From Escherichia phage AV119, in sequence record OR352949.1: 64,000 nucleotides of DNA, one strand, 5' to 3'. Positions 41,164 through 51,842 of the stretch are shown in pieces; position 1 is the first letter of the stretch, and the number at the start of each line of letters is the position of its first letter. The position numbers and the translations under genes are program-made. Under the pieces are notes generated by a model, which saw only the letters and a list, made by a program, of their open reading frames with translations, did no database searches and had not been told where the DNA came from.

Positions 41164-43341
41164 TTAGGCCGCAAGGGCCTTCATAGTTTTAGCGATTTGA
41201 GAAACTTCATCATCACTTAAAGAGTTGCGATAACCGATGAAGTCGGAAACAATGCGGAATTTCTTGGTAAACTCAGCAACCATTTTATCACTGTTTTTTG
41301 AAGCATTATTTGATAATACATCAAAAAGATTAGTTACTGTCCAGATGTCATGACCGATGGTATCTTTTCCACCATTAAAATATACACCGCGCAATGAACT
41401 AACTATATTAGCGAGTCGTGTATATTCTTCAGAAACTTCATCTGTACTGAAGTACTTCATCATAAAATCTAACTCAGGATACTTGATAATTTTATCAATA
41501 TATCGTTGAGCTGAACTTGAATAACCTACGTACTTATCATAATCTACATCATCAAAAGCATCTACATATAAATCACGCAGAGTTTCAAAAATACATTGGC
41601 ACTGACCGAGTTCTTTTACCTTTTTCTGTAAAAGCGGACGAATAACATAAAATTCATTAATGCCAATAAGATTAGCCATACGAATCAAAATATTCATAGA
41701 TGGATGACAAAGAGATGTAGTACCATCCATAGAGAAAATATCAGAACGATGCATATACGCTACATACCCAGTAATTTCATCTGCTTCTGATGTGAGCGTA
41801 AATAATTCCTCTTTTTCCCAGCGCCCGTCTTTAATTTCAAACTTAAATGCTGTAGCAGCTTTAGGACGAGGAGCTTTACTTTTAACTACCTTTGGAATAT
41901 AGCTTTTAACTAAAGCTTCAATTTCTGACAAATAATGAATGTTAACTTCATCACTTTCAAACATCGCCATAATATCAGGAAGTAAATCAATCTGCGATTC
42001 TACTTCTGGATTAATAAACAGAAGACGCTCATTATGATGAATATTCAAAGTGTTATTAAATTCACTATCATCTAACGCATGTGCTAATCCACGAACAATA
42101 TTAACACGATTTTTAATATTATCAATAACGATATTAATTTTTGTTGTATTAATACCAAACAGACGATAACTTGATGCAACGGCTGAAGTTTCATGACTTT
42201 GCTTAATGCGTTTCAGTCGAGGGTCAAGATTTACTTCATACACAACTCCTGCATTACATAACTTATTGTCAGGTTCAAACATGCTCTGCATCTTTTTATA
42301 TGACAGATTTTTAGTCGTGAATTTGACTGAATTACTAATCATATAATCTCGAGCAGAATATCCCATCTTCATCAATTCACGATATGTGTGACGAGGAGAT
42401 GTAGATTCTTTAAATCGTTTTACATCTTCATTAAATGCTTTCTCACTGAGTTCTTTAACTCGTTCAATAATATTTTTACGAGTACGATCATCTAGTGAAA
42501 GAGCTTCGCGTGATGGAGCAATATCAAGCGAACCCATTGGAAACTTAATGTAATTCACTTCATTACGAATGCTTAGCCAGTTACGGTCTTTAATAACACC
42601 ATCGATAGGATAAACAATACCGCCATAGATAGCATATAATCCACCACGATCAGGCCAGTATCTTTCTGGATTTATGCCGTAATAATCATCAAAATCCGGA
42701 AAATAATCAATTTCGCGGTCAAGACCATTAATGATAGCCAAATCTTTGAATGGTCGCATGATATAAGAAACTTCATAAGCAAAGTTTCTAAAGTCTTTTT
42801 CTTCAACTGGAACTACGATTTCAATACCAGTTTTATCATCTGGACCCATTTCTTTTACGAATGTAGGTTTAATCTGTGGACCATCACCATCCATGTAAGC
42901 TACATAACCACGAATTTCACCTTTATGATACGAAGTAATACTAAATGTATCAGTATAACTAAACGGAGATTTAGAACCTAAACCAAACCCGCCAATAAAG
43001 TCATTAGATTCAGCCTTAGATGAACTGAAGTATGAATTATATAACCCAGGAGAATTATCATCACCCTGAATATCAAAATCACTCATACCCGGACCAAAAT
43101 CTCGACAAACAAATCGCGGATCTAATCGTCCTGGAACTTGTATGATAAATTTTTCAGGATTTCCATTAAGTGCATGGGCATCAATCATATTAGTAATTAA
43201 TTCACGGACTACTGCACGAATCTTGTTTGTATACAAATCAGATGACAGAATTTTAAATACTTTAGGAGATGCTGTGATGCTAAATGCTTTTGATTTAGAA
43301 CCATTGCCAAGAATTGTTTCTTTTTCAGTGGTGATAATCAT
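41164..43341 (-). CDS. rIIA: rIIA
   Basis: 725 aa, matches T4 rIIA. Confidence 0.92.
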   Translation of the reverse strand: MIITTEKETILGNGSKSKAFSITASPKVFKILSSDLYTNKIRAVVRELITNMIDAHALNGNPEKFIIQVPGRLDPRFVCRDFGPGMSDFDIQGDDNSPGLYNSYFSSSKAESNDFIGGFGLGSKSPFSYTDTFSITSYHKGEIRGYVAYMDGDGPQIKPTFVKEMGPDDKTGIEIVVPVEEKDFRNFAYEVSYIMRPFKDLAIINGLDREIDYFPDFDDYYGINPERYWPDRGGLYAIYGGIVYPIDGVIKDRNWLSIRNEVNYIKFPMGSLDIAPSREALSLDDRTRKNIIERVKELSEKAFNEDVKRFKESTSPRHTYRELMKMGYSARDYMISNSVKFTTKNLSYKKMQSMFEPDNKLCNAGVVYEVNLDPRLKRIKQSHETSAVASSYRLFGINTTKINIVIDNIKNRVNIVRGLAHALDDSEFNNTLNIHHNERLLFINPEVESQIDLLPDIMAMFESDEVNIHYLSEIEALVKSYIPKVVKSKAPRPKAATAFKFEIKDGRWEKEELFTLTSEADEITGYVAYMHRSDIFSMDGTTSLCHPSMNILIRMANLIGINEFYVIRPLLQKKVKELGQCQCIFETLRDLYVDAFDDVDYDKYVGYSSSAQRYIDKIIKYPELDFMMKYFSTDEVSEEYTRLANIVSSLRGVYFNGGKDTIGHDIWTVTNLFDVLSNNASKNSDKMVAEFTKKFRIVSDFIGYRNSLSDDEVSQIAKTMKALAA

Positions 43342-43351
43342 AATTTCCTCA

Positions 43352-43555
43352 TTAATTCATATTACGCTTAATAACTTCAGCAACTTCTAGTAATTCATCT
43401 TTAGTTGCAGTGTCGGATTGAATTTTATCTCTAATATCTTTAAAGCGGTTTTTAAATTCTTCGGCTTCTCCCATATCGAAAAAGCGTTGAATGATTCTAT
43501 ATTCTCGATGAACTGCTTTATCAAAAAGTTCTAAATTTACTTTATATGATTTCAT
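43352..43555 (-). CDS. hypothetical protein (67 aa), rIIA.1-like
   Basis: co-oriented ORF downstream of promoter 43581..43610. Confidence 0.55.
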   Translation of the reverse strand: MKSYKVNLELFDKAVHREYRIIQRFFDMGEAEEFKNRFKDIRDKIQSDTATKDELLEVAEVIKRNMN

Positions 43556-43580
43556 TTCAATATCCTCATTTGCCCAATTA

Positions 43581-43610
43581 ATTATACCACATCCTTGTGG
43601 TAAAGTAAAC
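43581..43610 (-). promoter_or_regulatory. early-type promoter (GTTTAC-N16-GGTATAAT)
   Basis: near-consensus -10 with extended TG. Confidence 0.5.
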
Positions 43611-45427
43611 TACTGGCTCATCCATTCTTTACGAAGGTCAGCATTATCTCCCATGAGCATTTCAAAAAGCTCTTTCCAGTTCTCAGGAAGTTTAACAACA
43701 TCATATACTGGGTTTTGAATCATCTCACGATATTCAGATTTTTCCAAAGAGCCAAGTCCTTTAATATAACGGATGCTATGTTTAGGTAGAGCATCTTTGG
43801 CACTCTCATATTCAGCGACTGTATAAAACCATTCTTGTTTTTTACCAATCTGAGCGATGATTACAGGAGTTTTGACAAAACGAATTCGTCCTTGCTCAAA
43901 CAATTCTGGCCAATTACTAAAAAATCCAAGCAGAGAAGGATAAATGCTTCCTAGACCATCATGGTCAGCATCAGTCATAATAGCAATATTATGATAATTC
44001 AAGTTTTCAGCTTTTTCACCGAGAACTAATCCAGTGATTGCGCAAATATCAAATAGTTCTTTGTTTTTAAGCATATCTGCATAAGACATACCCCAACTGT
44101 TGAGAACTTTACCGCGCAATGGATAACCACCGTGAAGTTCTTTATCACGAACATCAATAAGATATCCGATAGCCGAATCACCCTCAGTCAAGAAAAGAGT
44201 AGTGTCAGCATCTTTACCACAAAGATTCGCTTTGATATGTTTATGAACCTTAGCTTTAGAAGCCTTTTTAGCTGCTTTAGTTTCTGCTGCTTTTTCTGCC
44301 GCCAATTTACGAGCCAAAGCAGCTTCAATAATCGGCATTAGAATTGCTTCATTATTTAGAATAGCACGTGAAATCTTTTTAGCATCAAGCTGAATATGAC
44401 TACGAATTTCGCCAAATGGAGAAGTCAAACGCTCTTTAGTTTGAGAATCAAATCGCATGTTTTTCATATCACGAACAAACATAACGATAGTCAAACATTC
44501 TTTAACACGCGCTTTAGTTACATCAATTTTGAACTTACGTTTGATTTGTGGAATAAGGTCTTCACAAATATCATCCATAACACAGTCAATGTGATGGCCA
44601 CCATTCTTAGTGTGAATGTTATTGACGTATGTTAATTGACGAAAACCATCCGGTGAACGACCAACCGCAATAGAACAATTTTCTTGTTCTTGAACAATAG
44701 CATGCTCATCATATTGGCGTGCATATTTCTTAAAATTGCCCTGAACCTTTTTACCATTAAAGGTAAATTGAATATCAGGATAAACAACAGCAAGTGTCTG
44801 GAGACGATCTAATGTAATGTCAAGATAAACTTGAGATAATTCATTAGTTTCAAATGACATAAAATCTGGAATGAAAGTAACACGAGTTCCTTTCCATTTT
44901 CCAGGAATAGTTTCCCATGATTTATTTTCCATGCCATTTGAACAACGAACTACAATATTATTTTGACCATCGCCAGTTTCACCGACAAACATCACAGAAA
45001 AAATGTTAGTTAAACTAGAACCAACACCATTCATACCACCGGTGACGCGTTCTTTATCATCACCAAAGTTACCACCTGCTTTTGGAATAGTCCACGCAGC
45101 AACTGGACCAGGAATTTCTTCACCGGTAGGTGTTTTGACCATCGCTTGTGGAATACCACGACCGTTATCTTCAACTGTTACTTGATTGTTTTTAATAGTA
45201 ACATTAATTTTATTTGCGAATTTAAACTTAGTACGAATACCTTCATCTACTGAGTTATCGATAATTTCATCAATAAGCTTAACAAGACCAGGTACATACT
45301 GAACACTTTCCCATTTACCAAACAGAAAGCGCTCATGCATTTCATTAGCGGAAGAGCCAATGTACATGCCGCTACGCTTTTTGATATGTTCAATATCGCT
45401 CAGAATTTTAATTTCATTCTTAATCAT
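43610..45427 (-). CDS. 39: DNA topoisomerase II large subunit (GyrB-like ATPase), uninterrupted (39+60 fused)
   Basis: 605/606-aa continuous ORF; GHKL ATPase N-terminus and TOPRIM C-terminus in one frame. Confidence 0.92.
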   Translation of the reverse strand: MIKNEIKILSDIEHIKKRSGMYIGSSANEMHERFLFGKWESVQYVPGLVKLIDEIIDNSVDEGIRTKFKFANKINVTIKNNQVTVEDNGRGIPQAMVKTPTGEEIPGPVAAWTIPKAGGNFGDDKERVTGGMNGVGSSLTNIFSVMFVGETGDGQNNIVVRCSNGMENKSWETIPGKWKGTRVTFIPDFMSFETNELSQVYLDITLDRLQTLAVVYPDIQFTFNGKKVQGNFKKYARQYDEHAIVQEQENCSIAVGRSPDGFRQLTYVNNIHTKNGGHHIDCVMDDICEDLIPQIKRKFKIDVTKARVKECLTIVMFVRDMKNMRFDSQTKERLTSPFGEIRSHIQLDAKKISRAILNNEAILMPIIEAALARKLAAEKAAETKAAKKASKAKVHKHIKANLCGKDADTTLFLTEGDSAIGYLIDVRDKELHGGYPLRGKVLNSWGMSYADMLKNKELFDICAITGLVLGEKAENLNYHNIAIMTDADHDGLGSIYPSLLGFFSNWPELFEQGRIRFVKTPVIIAQIGKKQEWFYTVAEYESAKDALPKHSIRYIKGLGSLEKSEYREMIQNPVYDVVKLPENWKELFEMLMGDNADLRKEWMSQ

Positions 45428-45496
45428 CACTTATCCTCGTTTGGTTTCGGGAATATTATACTCCGGTAATCATAAAGCTAAAGGCCCGAAGGCCTT

Positions 45497-45766
45497 TTAT
45501 TTAAAACGAATAGTCGAATCCTTGAAGAATAGTCCAGAACATACTGTTCCTTCTACTTTCTGCCCAGTAGGTCCAATAGCACGAAATCCAGTATGTTGGA
45601 AATCATTTTCAGAACAACCGAACCAGTTATATCCAGTGATTTCAATATTAGTAAAACCGCTTGAAGACAAAACTTTGGTTGCATTATCAGCATCAGTACA
45701 TCCTACTAAAGACACTGCTAATACTAATGCCGCGATAGAACGATTAATATATTTCATAATTTTCAC
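45497..45766 (-). CDS. putative lipoprotein (89 aa), 39.1-like
   Basis: signal peptide with LVGC lipobox. Confidence 0.55.
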   Translation of the reverse strand: MKIMKYINRSIAALVLAVSLVGCTDADNATKVLSSSGFTNIEITGYNWFGCSENDFQHTGFRAIGPTGQKVEGTVCSGLFFKDSTIRFK

Positions 45767-46134
45767 TTAAATTTAATGGCTTGAAGAAGACTAATAATTC
45801 TCAAGCGACTTCCTTCATCTTTAACTGTAAAAGAAAGAGGGTCACCAGATTTCATAGTGATAGTGCATTCAAAAGCAAAACCTTCGGGAACTTCTTCGAA
45901 GAAGTCAAATTCTTCATCATAAATTAGAACATTACTCTGAAAACTGTGAAGAATTTTTCCGTCATTTCCAGATGCTGTACTAATCATTGTAACATTATTA
46001 CCTTTCATATCTTCAACGATAAATTCGCTTGTAGATATTACAGCATTAATAGAACCATTCCTATAAATAGCAGAAAATAGATATTTCTTTTCTTCACCTT
46101 CGCGAATGCGATATTTCTTACCGATTTTAAACAT
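45763..46134 (-). CDS. hypothetical protein (123 aa), 39.2-like
   Basis: co-oriented ORF. Confidence 0.55.
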   Translation of the reverse strand: MFKIGKKYRIREGEEKKYLFSAIYRNGSINAVISTSEFIVEDMKGNNVTMISTASGNDGKILHSFQSNVLIYDEEFDFFEEVPEGFAFECTITMKSGDPLSFTVKDEGSRLRIISLLQAIKFK

Positions 46135-46136
46135 AA

Positions 46137-46313
46137 TTACCCTTTAAGTAAGTCGTAAAATCCGCCATTCACATGCTTAGGGGCAGAGACTAACCGAATA
46201 GCAATCCGATGACAATCAGGACATACATCAGTATCTCTTTCAGAAATTTTCTTGATTTTTTCGTATTCTTTTGCGCAGTCTTTTGATTGACATTTATAAT
46301 CATAAAGCGGCAT
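46137..46313 (-). CDS. zinc-ribbon protein (58 aa, FmdB-like CxxC...CxxC)
   Basis: MPLYDYKCQSKDC...CPDCH; ATG 46313; not in ORF track. Confidence 0.5.
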   Translation of the reverse strand: MPLYDYKCQSKDCAKEYEKIKKISERDTDVCPDCHRIAIRLVSAPKHVNGGFYDLLKG

Positions 46314-46315
46314 AA

Positions 46316-46729
46316 TTATTCCTTAAAGTGAGCTTTCAACATCTGATACAAGGACCATGCCTGTTCATCATTTTCAATAGTAACTTTCATTACAGGGAAT
46401 TTAGATTGATCAGTTATCGGTGCAGATTCTTCCTGCTCTTCAGCTGCCTGGTATGGATTTTCAACTTCATTAAAGAATTCAGCTTCATTCGATGAAAGCC
46501 AAATAAAATCTTCATCCAAAATATCTTTACCAGAAGATAGTACTAAATTTCCAGCAAATGACATAATTTTAATAGGACGCCCAAGAGCATCCACATCTAA
46601 AATTTTAAAAGGATGCATACCTAAACGGCGTGCATAGATTCCGTTATCAGTATGGTCTTTAATAAAATTTTCTTGAGCTTGTTTATTTTTAAATTGATAC
46701 CATTTATTAACTTCAAATTTAATAGCCAT
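46316..46729 (-). CDS. hypothetical protein (137 aa), goF-like position
   Basis: position immediately downstream of cef as T4 goF; identity not verified. Confidence 0.5.
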   Translation of the reverse strand: MAIKFEVNKWYQFKNKQAQENFIKDHTDNGIYARRLGMHPFKILDVDALGRPIKIMSFAGNLVLSSGKDILDEDFIWLSSNEAEFFNEVENPYQAAEEQEESAPITDQSKFPVMKVTIENDEQAWSLYQMLKAHFKE

Positions 46730-46944
46730 TAATAAATTTCCTTCCAGTAAGTTGTACCATCTTCAGTGATTTCACGAAATACACCGTAAATTGGTTGTTT
46801 ATCCCCAACCTTTTCATACACATAAACCGAAGTCAAGTGAGTAAACTTAGCAGTGTGTTCCTTTTGAACTACTACCAAATCTGGATCGAATAACACATCT
46901 TCAAATTCGTCATTAGTGCAGTTCTGAACAATTTTACGTTTCAT
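46729..46944 (-). CDS. cef: Cef-like protein (71 aa)
   Basis: length and position match T4 cef. Confidence 0.6.
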   Translation of the reverse strand: MKRKIVQNCTNDEFEDVLFDPDLVVVQKEHTAKFTHLTSVYVYEKVGDKQPIYGVFREITEDGTTYWKEIY

Positions 46945-47116
46945 TACAATTTCCTCGTTAATTGAACATTGGAGCGATGCGTTTCAGAAGAGTAGCAGCA
47001 CCTTTGGCAAATTTTCCATTTTATTCTCCAAATTATTTTCTATATCAGTAGTTGATATTGATATAGTACCATAATCAACTACTGATGTATATAGTTTTAT
47101 GAAAAAATTTTAAACT

Positions 47117-47608
47117 TTATGCATAACGAGCTTTGCTGTAGTGTTTAATCCAACTTTCAGGAATGACTTTGTATGTTCCTAAAAATACCGCGTTGTATAA
47201 CTTAACGCCATCTTCTACCCATTGATCAGTAATGTATGCACACATAGCGCGAGTACGCCGAGGAAGTGGTTGTCCACCTTCGATAAATTCAAACTCATAA
47301 GGAGCAATGAACTTAATAGCTTGACCGAGTTTCCACTTAAAGTCTACACCTACATGCGAAGTATCAATCGTTTCAATTCCTTTAGCGGGAACAGCTTTCA
47401 AAAACGCAGATTCAAGAAATTTCGCGCGAACATAACCAAACTGAGGTTTAGACTTTCCATCTTTAGGAATGATACGCACTTTTACTTCAGAATCTTCATC
47501 TTTAACGCCGTGTTTAAGCTGAATGCTTACAATTTCGACCAATTTTCCTGCTGCTTTAGAACGGGATTTATCAGATACACGAGCAATTTCACCAATATTA
47601 ATAATCAT
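47117..47608 (-). CDS. motB: MotB
   Basis: 163 aa; position and size as T4 MotB. Confidence 0.75.
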   Translation of the reverse strand: MIINIGEIARVSDKSRSKAAGKLVEIVSIQLKHGVKDEDSEVKVRIIPKDGKSKPQFGYVRAKFLESAFLKAVPAKGIETIDTSHVGVDFKWKLGQAIKFIAPYEFEFIEGGQPLPRRTRAMCAYITDQWVEDGVKLYNAVFLGTYKVIPESWIKHYSKARYA

Positions 47609-47651
47609 AGTTATCTCTCACTTGTTAAAAAGATTTTATACTCCACAGGAC

Positions 47652-47682
47652 CATTATACTCTGGTCCCAAGAGTTTGTAAAC
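47652..47682 (-). promoter_or_regulatory. early-type promoter upstream of motB
   Basis: minus strand GTTTAC (47682..47677) and AGTATAATGG. Confidence 0.45.
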
Positions 47683-47684
47683 TA

Positions 47685-48230
47685 TTAATTCAAAATAGCT
47701 ACCACCGCACTACGAGGTACTACACTAAAATCTCCTGCATGGACAACGTTCAGAAGCTCAACACCATCTTCAATCCACTGGTCTGTTACCCAACCACAGA
47801 TAGGATTATCAAAAGGACGACGGATAGACACAGCAGCACACAATAGGTCTGTAGGGTCTTGTTCCTCAACTTCTTGGAACAGGATGAACTCATCTTCATA
47901 AACCAGGTTTTTCTTTATTTTGTTATTATCTAACCGGCGACCGTGGATGACGTAAGATTTGTCAAACCACTCACTTTTGGCAAATTCTTCAACAATAAAT
48001 TCGCCTTCGCCAAAAACATCAGTCAGAGTTTTATGACCAGAAATCAAGGCATTAGTTTTAATTTTAGGTTCAACCAGTTTGTAGGTTTTGCCGATTTCAA
48101 TAGCGGTAGTCATAGTAGGTTCCTTAATTTCCAGTGGTTTAACAGGGCATACATAAGTGCTTACAACATCAAAATCAATCAGTTTAGCTACCGGATTTGG
48201 TATGTATTCAGGATTATAATTAAATTTCAT
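47685..48230 (-). CDS. MotB paralog (181 aa), motB.1-like
   Basis: C-terminal region shares motif with MotB (TDQW(V/I)EDGV(K/E)L). Confidence 0.6.
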   Translation of the reverse strand: MKFNYNPEYIPNPVAKLIDFDVVSTYVCPVKPLEIKEPTMTTAIEIGKTYKLVEPKIKTNALISGHKTLTDVFGEGEFIVEEFAKSEWFDKSYVIHGRRLDNNKIKKNLVYEDEFILFQEVEEQDPTDLLCAAVSIRRPFDNPICGWVTDQWIEDGVELLNVVHAGDFSVVPRSAVVAILN

Positions 48231-48232
48231 AA

Positions 48233-48733
48233 TTATCTCATTTCAATAAAATCTACGAGTTCAGCATGCGATTTGCGGAACATTACTTGGTGCCCACCAA
48301 TGATAACTTCATCTTCAGGAACTTCGTATACAGCGAGATAAAATCCTTTAGAAGATAATTCTTCCCGCTCTTCTCGTGTGAACCATCTCATCATATCATA
48401 CTCACTAGCGAAAGCAAAATGATAAAGAGCTATAAACCATCCTGGAATATGATATTCTACTCCAACATAATCTTTCTTGAACTTAGTATTAATTACTATA
48501 TTAGCGTTTTTAACTAATAGTTTATCTTCGTGTGGTAAAGGAATTCTTTTATTATTATCGCTATGATGCATAAAATTAGGTCTGTCATAACCTACGTGTA
48601 ATAGCCACTCTTCGCTCCATGGATCTATTATACTCCTGTACGGCGTTATTTGAACACAAAGATTTCGACGTATTGTTATAGCATCTTCATAATCAAGAAT
48701 ACTAAACGATGATTCAACACGATAAATTTTCAT
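48233..48733 (-). CDS. hypothetical protein (166 aa from MKIYRV; ORF track TTG start at 48772), motB.2-like
   Basis: RBS GAGGATAAT before ATG 48733, downstream of promoter 48761..48790. Confidence 0.55.
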   Translation of the reverse strand: MKIYRVESSFSILDYEDAITIRRNLCVQITPYRSIIDPWSEEWLLHVGYDRPNFMHHSDNNKRIPLPHEDKLLVKNANIVINTKFKKDYVGVEYHIPGWFIALYHFAFASEYDMMRWFTREEREELSSKGFYLAVYEVPEDEVIIGGHQVMFRKSHAELVDFIEMR

Positions 48734-48760
48734 TTTATTATCCTCAGTAGCTATGGTGTT

Positions 48761-48790
48761 ATAATACCACAACTAACCGAGGAAGTAAAC
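48761..48790 (-). promoter_or_regulatory. early-type promoter (GTTTAC-N16-GGTATTATAA)
   Basis: directly upstream of ATG 48733. Confidence 0.45.
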
Positions 48791-48796
48791 AACTTT

Positions 48797-49480
48797 TTAT
48801 CGTTTTGTTGGAAGAGATAGAGGATCGCAATCTTCCTCTGATGGAGCATCTTCAAGACCCATAGCATATCGCAAAGCGTACTTCATCATCAGGATGTCTT
48901 TCGCACAGTCATGAATAGAATCATGCGCAACGAATCCATCTAAAGTTCCTTTTGGAAGAGGACACGTGGTCATATCACGAACAAGCAGAAGTGCTTCAAT
49001 TCTGGTACGAATATCACGCTGATTCCAGAATTTACATGGTTCTAACTTAAATGTGTCAAGTTCATTCTCAGAAACACCATTAAGACGTTGAATATCACGA
49101 ATGAGATCGACTAAAATTGGAAAATCAAACGACATTCCACGGCACCAGCCTTGAGATTTCCAAGGATCGATATTATGTGCATTGATGTAATCATTAAATT
49201 TCGCAATACCGTCGATAGTGCTTACATCTTCATCGGACGGTGCAATATTTTTTCGAGCTTCAGGAGACTGATTTTTCCACCATTCGATAGTGCTTTTAGT
49301 AAAAAGACGATGTCCTTTTTGGCTTTTTAAATCAAATTTGATTTTAATGCCGCGTGAAACTAATTCATCAAATGTTTCAACTACTTCTGGGTTAGGGTCA
49401 AAAGCAATTACAGCTAAATCAATAACAGCTGCTTTTTCACCACTTCCCATTGTTTCAAAATCTATAATAAAATCAAACAT
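48797..49480 (-). CDS. dexA: exonuclease A (DEDD 3'-5' exonuclease)
   Basis: 227 aa; N-terminal DxE exonuclease motif; T4 DexA length. Confidence 0.88.
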   Translation of the reverse strand: MFDFIIDFETMGSGEKAAVIDLAVIAFDPNPEVVETFDELVSRGIKIKFDLKSQKGHRLFTKSTIEWWKNQSPEARKNIAPSDEDVSTIDGIAKFNDYINAHNIDPWKSQGWCRGMSFDFPILVDLIRDIQRLNGVSENELDTFKLEPCKFWNQRDIRTRIEALLLVRDMTTCPLPKGTLDGFVAHDSIHDCAKDILMMKYALRYAMGLEDAPSEEDCDPLSLPTKR

Positions 49481-49755
49481 TAAATTTTCCTCGCTAAATC
49501 GCGAATTTGGCCTACAGTATAGTCTTGAATATAAACTTTATTAATAGGTTCATCAATAAATTTTGCCATAGATTCAATATCTTTTTGCATCTCTTCAAGA
49601 CTGTATATTATCTTTAAAGCTTTTTCGCGAATAGTAATATTTTCAGGACCAGAATTTTTCTCAATGACAGCTTTAACATTTGTCATAAGAGATTTAAACT
49701 GACACCAACTTAATTCAATCATTAATAATCGCCTTATAAAGATAGCTAATTTCAC
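49480..49755 (-). CDS. hypothetical protein (91 aa), dexA.1-like
   Basis: co-oriented ORF. Confidence 0.5.
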   Translation of the reverse strand: MKLAIFIRRLLMIELSWCQFKSLMTNVKAVIEKNSGPENITIREKALKIIYSLEEMQKDIESMAKFIDEPINKVYIQDYTVGQIRDLARKI

Positions 49756-49975
49756 CTAAAACATAATCACTGATTGTGACAGTTTTCACTTCACCACAAA
49801 AGAATTCTAACGCAATTAAATCTCGTTCAATTTCTTCTAATTGAAGCATCAACTTACTAGATTCAATTTTTACAGTTTCACGATTTTTACTATAAGCTAT
49901 TTCATAAATTTCGCTCACTTTATCTTGAAGCAGATAAAACTGGTCTTTAGTTATTTCCACGAATAGCTTCCTCAA
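49715..49975 (-). CDS. hypothetical protein (86 aa), dexA.2-like
   Basis: co-oriented ORF. Confidence 0.5.
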   Translation of the reverse strand: MRKLFVEITKDQFYLLQDKVSEIYEIAYSKNRETVKIESSKLMLQLEEIERDLIALEFFCGEVKTVTISDYVLGEISYLYKAIIND

Positions 49976-50207
49976 ATTTAATTAGTAATTTACAGACACT
50001 TTCATCTAGTGTAATTACCGTATCTGTATTACTGTGATATGATTGTTTTTCAATTCGTTTAATTGCTAATATAGTATCACTTATAAGATAAAGCTTATGA
50101 AGGAGCTCAGCTCCTGTTACCATAACATCGAGATTATCTTGCTTATTAGTATGCTTCCTTATACCATCTATTAGACGATTTAAATATTTTGAATTGATGT
50201 TAATCAT
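49947..50207 (-). CDS. hypothetical protein (86 aa)
   Basis: co-oriented ORF. Confidence 0.5.
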   Translation of the reverse strand: MININSKYLNRLIDGIRKHTNKQDNLDVMVTGAELLHKLYLISDTILAIKRIEKQSYHSNTDTVITLDESVCKLLIKFEEAIRGNN

Positions 50208-50213
50208 ATATCC

Positions 50214-51533
50214 TCACACATAAAATACGTCATAACGACCACGGGTAACACCAACATAAAGAAGTTGTTGAGCCAATTCAGCATCTGCATAATGAATACA
50301 AGGTGTATAGATGAAAGCACGGTCTACAGACATACCCTGCGCTTTATGGAATGTTGATGCAGGAAGTGCTTTCACTTTACTAAACTGTGATTTAGCATCC
50401 CAAAAATCACTCCATGGAGCTTTTCCACCCTTATTCCAGTTTTTATAAGTTTCTGCTGTTTTACCTAAAAATAGGTTAAACTTATATAGCTCTTCATCAG
50501 ATGAAATTATTTTAATCTTTTCACGATAATATTCATCATCGCCGTAAGTTTCTACTGTTAAATCCCAATGACGAATTAAGTATTCTCCAGAAACACCACG
50601 AGCTTTAACAAATGTTGATGTATACTCTGCTTCTATAATACGAACTAATTGTCCGTTATTAAAAATAATTTCTGACACAGGCTTTCCATCAATTTTATAT
50701 GTTTTAATTAATGGTTCCTGCATTACAATAATTTCACCGACAATAAAATCTTTATCAGTTTCAAAAATCTTTTTACGAATAATGCTATTTAACTTGTCAA
50801 CAGATTTATTCGTAAATGCCATTACGCGATTTTCAAACAAATCATCTAGAGATTTGACGATTGAAAAATAATTTACCATAAAATCGCGTAAAGCGGTATC
50901 ACCAGTAAATCCACGTACTCCATGCCCGTCAACAACTTTATCATAAATCCACTTACCGTTACGAACGTCAGTAGCTACATCAATAATAGGAGCATTACTG
51001 CGTTTAACTTCAGTGAGTTCACACTGATAAAAATCTTTATGTGTAAAGAATGGACTGATATAAGCAGTATTTTCTCCTGGATCAACAGGTCTAATTTGCT
51101 TATTATCACCTATTCCAATTATAGTACACCAAGGTGGAATAGTTGAAAGCAGAATTTTAAATAGCTTTCTATCATACATTGACACTTCGTCGCAGATTAA
51201 TACCCTGCATTTAGCTAAATCTGGTACTTCCTTCTGTTCAAAAAGAACGTTTTCTTCATACGTAACTGGGTTAATTTTAAGAATACTGTGAATAGTACTC
51301 GCTTCTTTCCCCGACAGTTTTGAAAGAATCTTTTTAGCTGCATGTGTAGGAGCTGCTAAAATAATACCAGTTTCACCCGTAGATATTAAAGCTTCAATGA
51401 TGAACTTAGTAAGAGTAGTCTTACCAGTACCAGCAGGTCCATTAATAGTTACATGATGTTTCTTTTCTTTAATAGCCCTCATAACGATGTTAAAGGCATT
51501 TTTCTGGCCTTCTGTCAAATCATCAAATGTCAT
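50214..51533 (-). CDS. dda: Dda DNA helicase (SF1B)
   Basis: 439 aa; Walker A GPAGTGKTT; T4 Dda length. Confidence 0.93.
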   Translation of the reverse strand: MTFDDLTEGQKNAFNIVMRAIKEKKHHVTINGPAGTGKTTLTKFIIEALISTGETGIILAAPTHAAKKILSKLSGKEASTIHSILKINPVTYEENVLFEQKEVPDLAKCRVLICDEVSMYDRKLFKILLSTIPPWCTIIGIGDNKQIRPVDPGENTAYISPFFTHKDFYQCELTEVKRSNAPIIDVATDVRNGKWIYDKVVDGHGVRGFTGDTALRDFMVNYFSIVKSLDDLFENRVMAFTNKSVDKLNSIIRKKIFETDKDFIVGEIIVMQEPLIKTYKIDGKPVSEIIFNNGQLVRIIEAEYTSTFVKARGVSGEYLIRHWDLTVETYGDDEYYREKIKIISSDEELYKFNLFLGKTAETYKNWNKGGKAPWSDFWDAKSQFSKVKALPASTFHKAQGMSVDRAFIYTPCIHYADAELAQQLLYVGVTRGRYDVFYV

Positions 51534-51841
51534 CGGAAAGTCCCTGCAATTGGAATACTAACAATACGCCCAGTATCTAGAATTCGTTGATATAATCTTT
51601 GTGTATCTACATCAGGCTTAACATGTTTAACTTCTATTTTATTAAACCAAAACTTGCGTGGAGTCTCAACTAGTCTTGGAATTCCCATACCTAAAGCTAG
51701 TTTATATTGGTCTTTGAGAGTAGTAAAAACTCTATCAGCAATCTCTCTTTCAAAAAACACAGCAGGACGATGTTCATCAAGTGGAACTGGCGCCGTAAAT
51801 CCGTCTTTGTCTCGGTAAACTATCGCATATACATAAACCAT
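51530..51841 (-). CDS. hypothetical protein (103 aa), dda.1-like
   Basis: co-oriented ORF overlapping dda start. Confidence 0.55.
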   Translation of the reverse strand: MVYVYAIVYRDKDGFTAPVPLDEHRPAVFFEREIADRVFTTLKDQYKLALGMGIPRLVETPRKFWFNKIEVKHVKPDVDTQRLYQRILDTGRIVSIPIAGTFR

Positions 51842-51842
51842 A

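Noticed and set aside
43555-43610. Looked for a gene 60-type segment, mobA endonuclease gene or translational bypass (hop) element between rIIA.1 and gene 39
   Set aside because: Gene 39 is a continuous ORF beginning right after rIIA.1; there is no room or signal for a split gene or bypass element.
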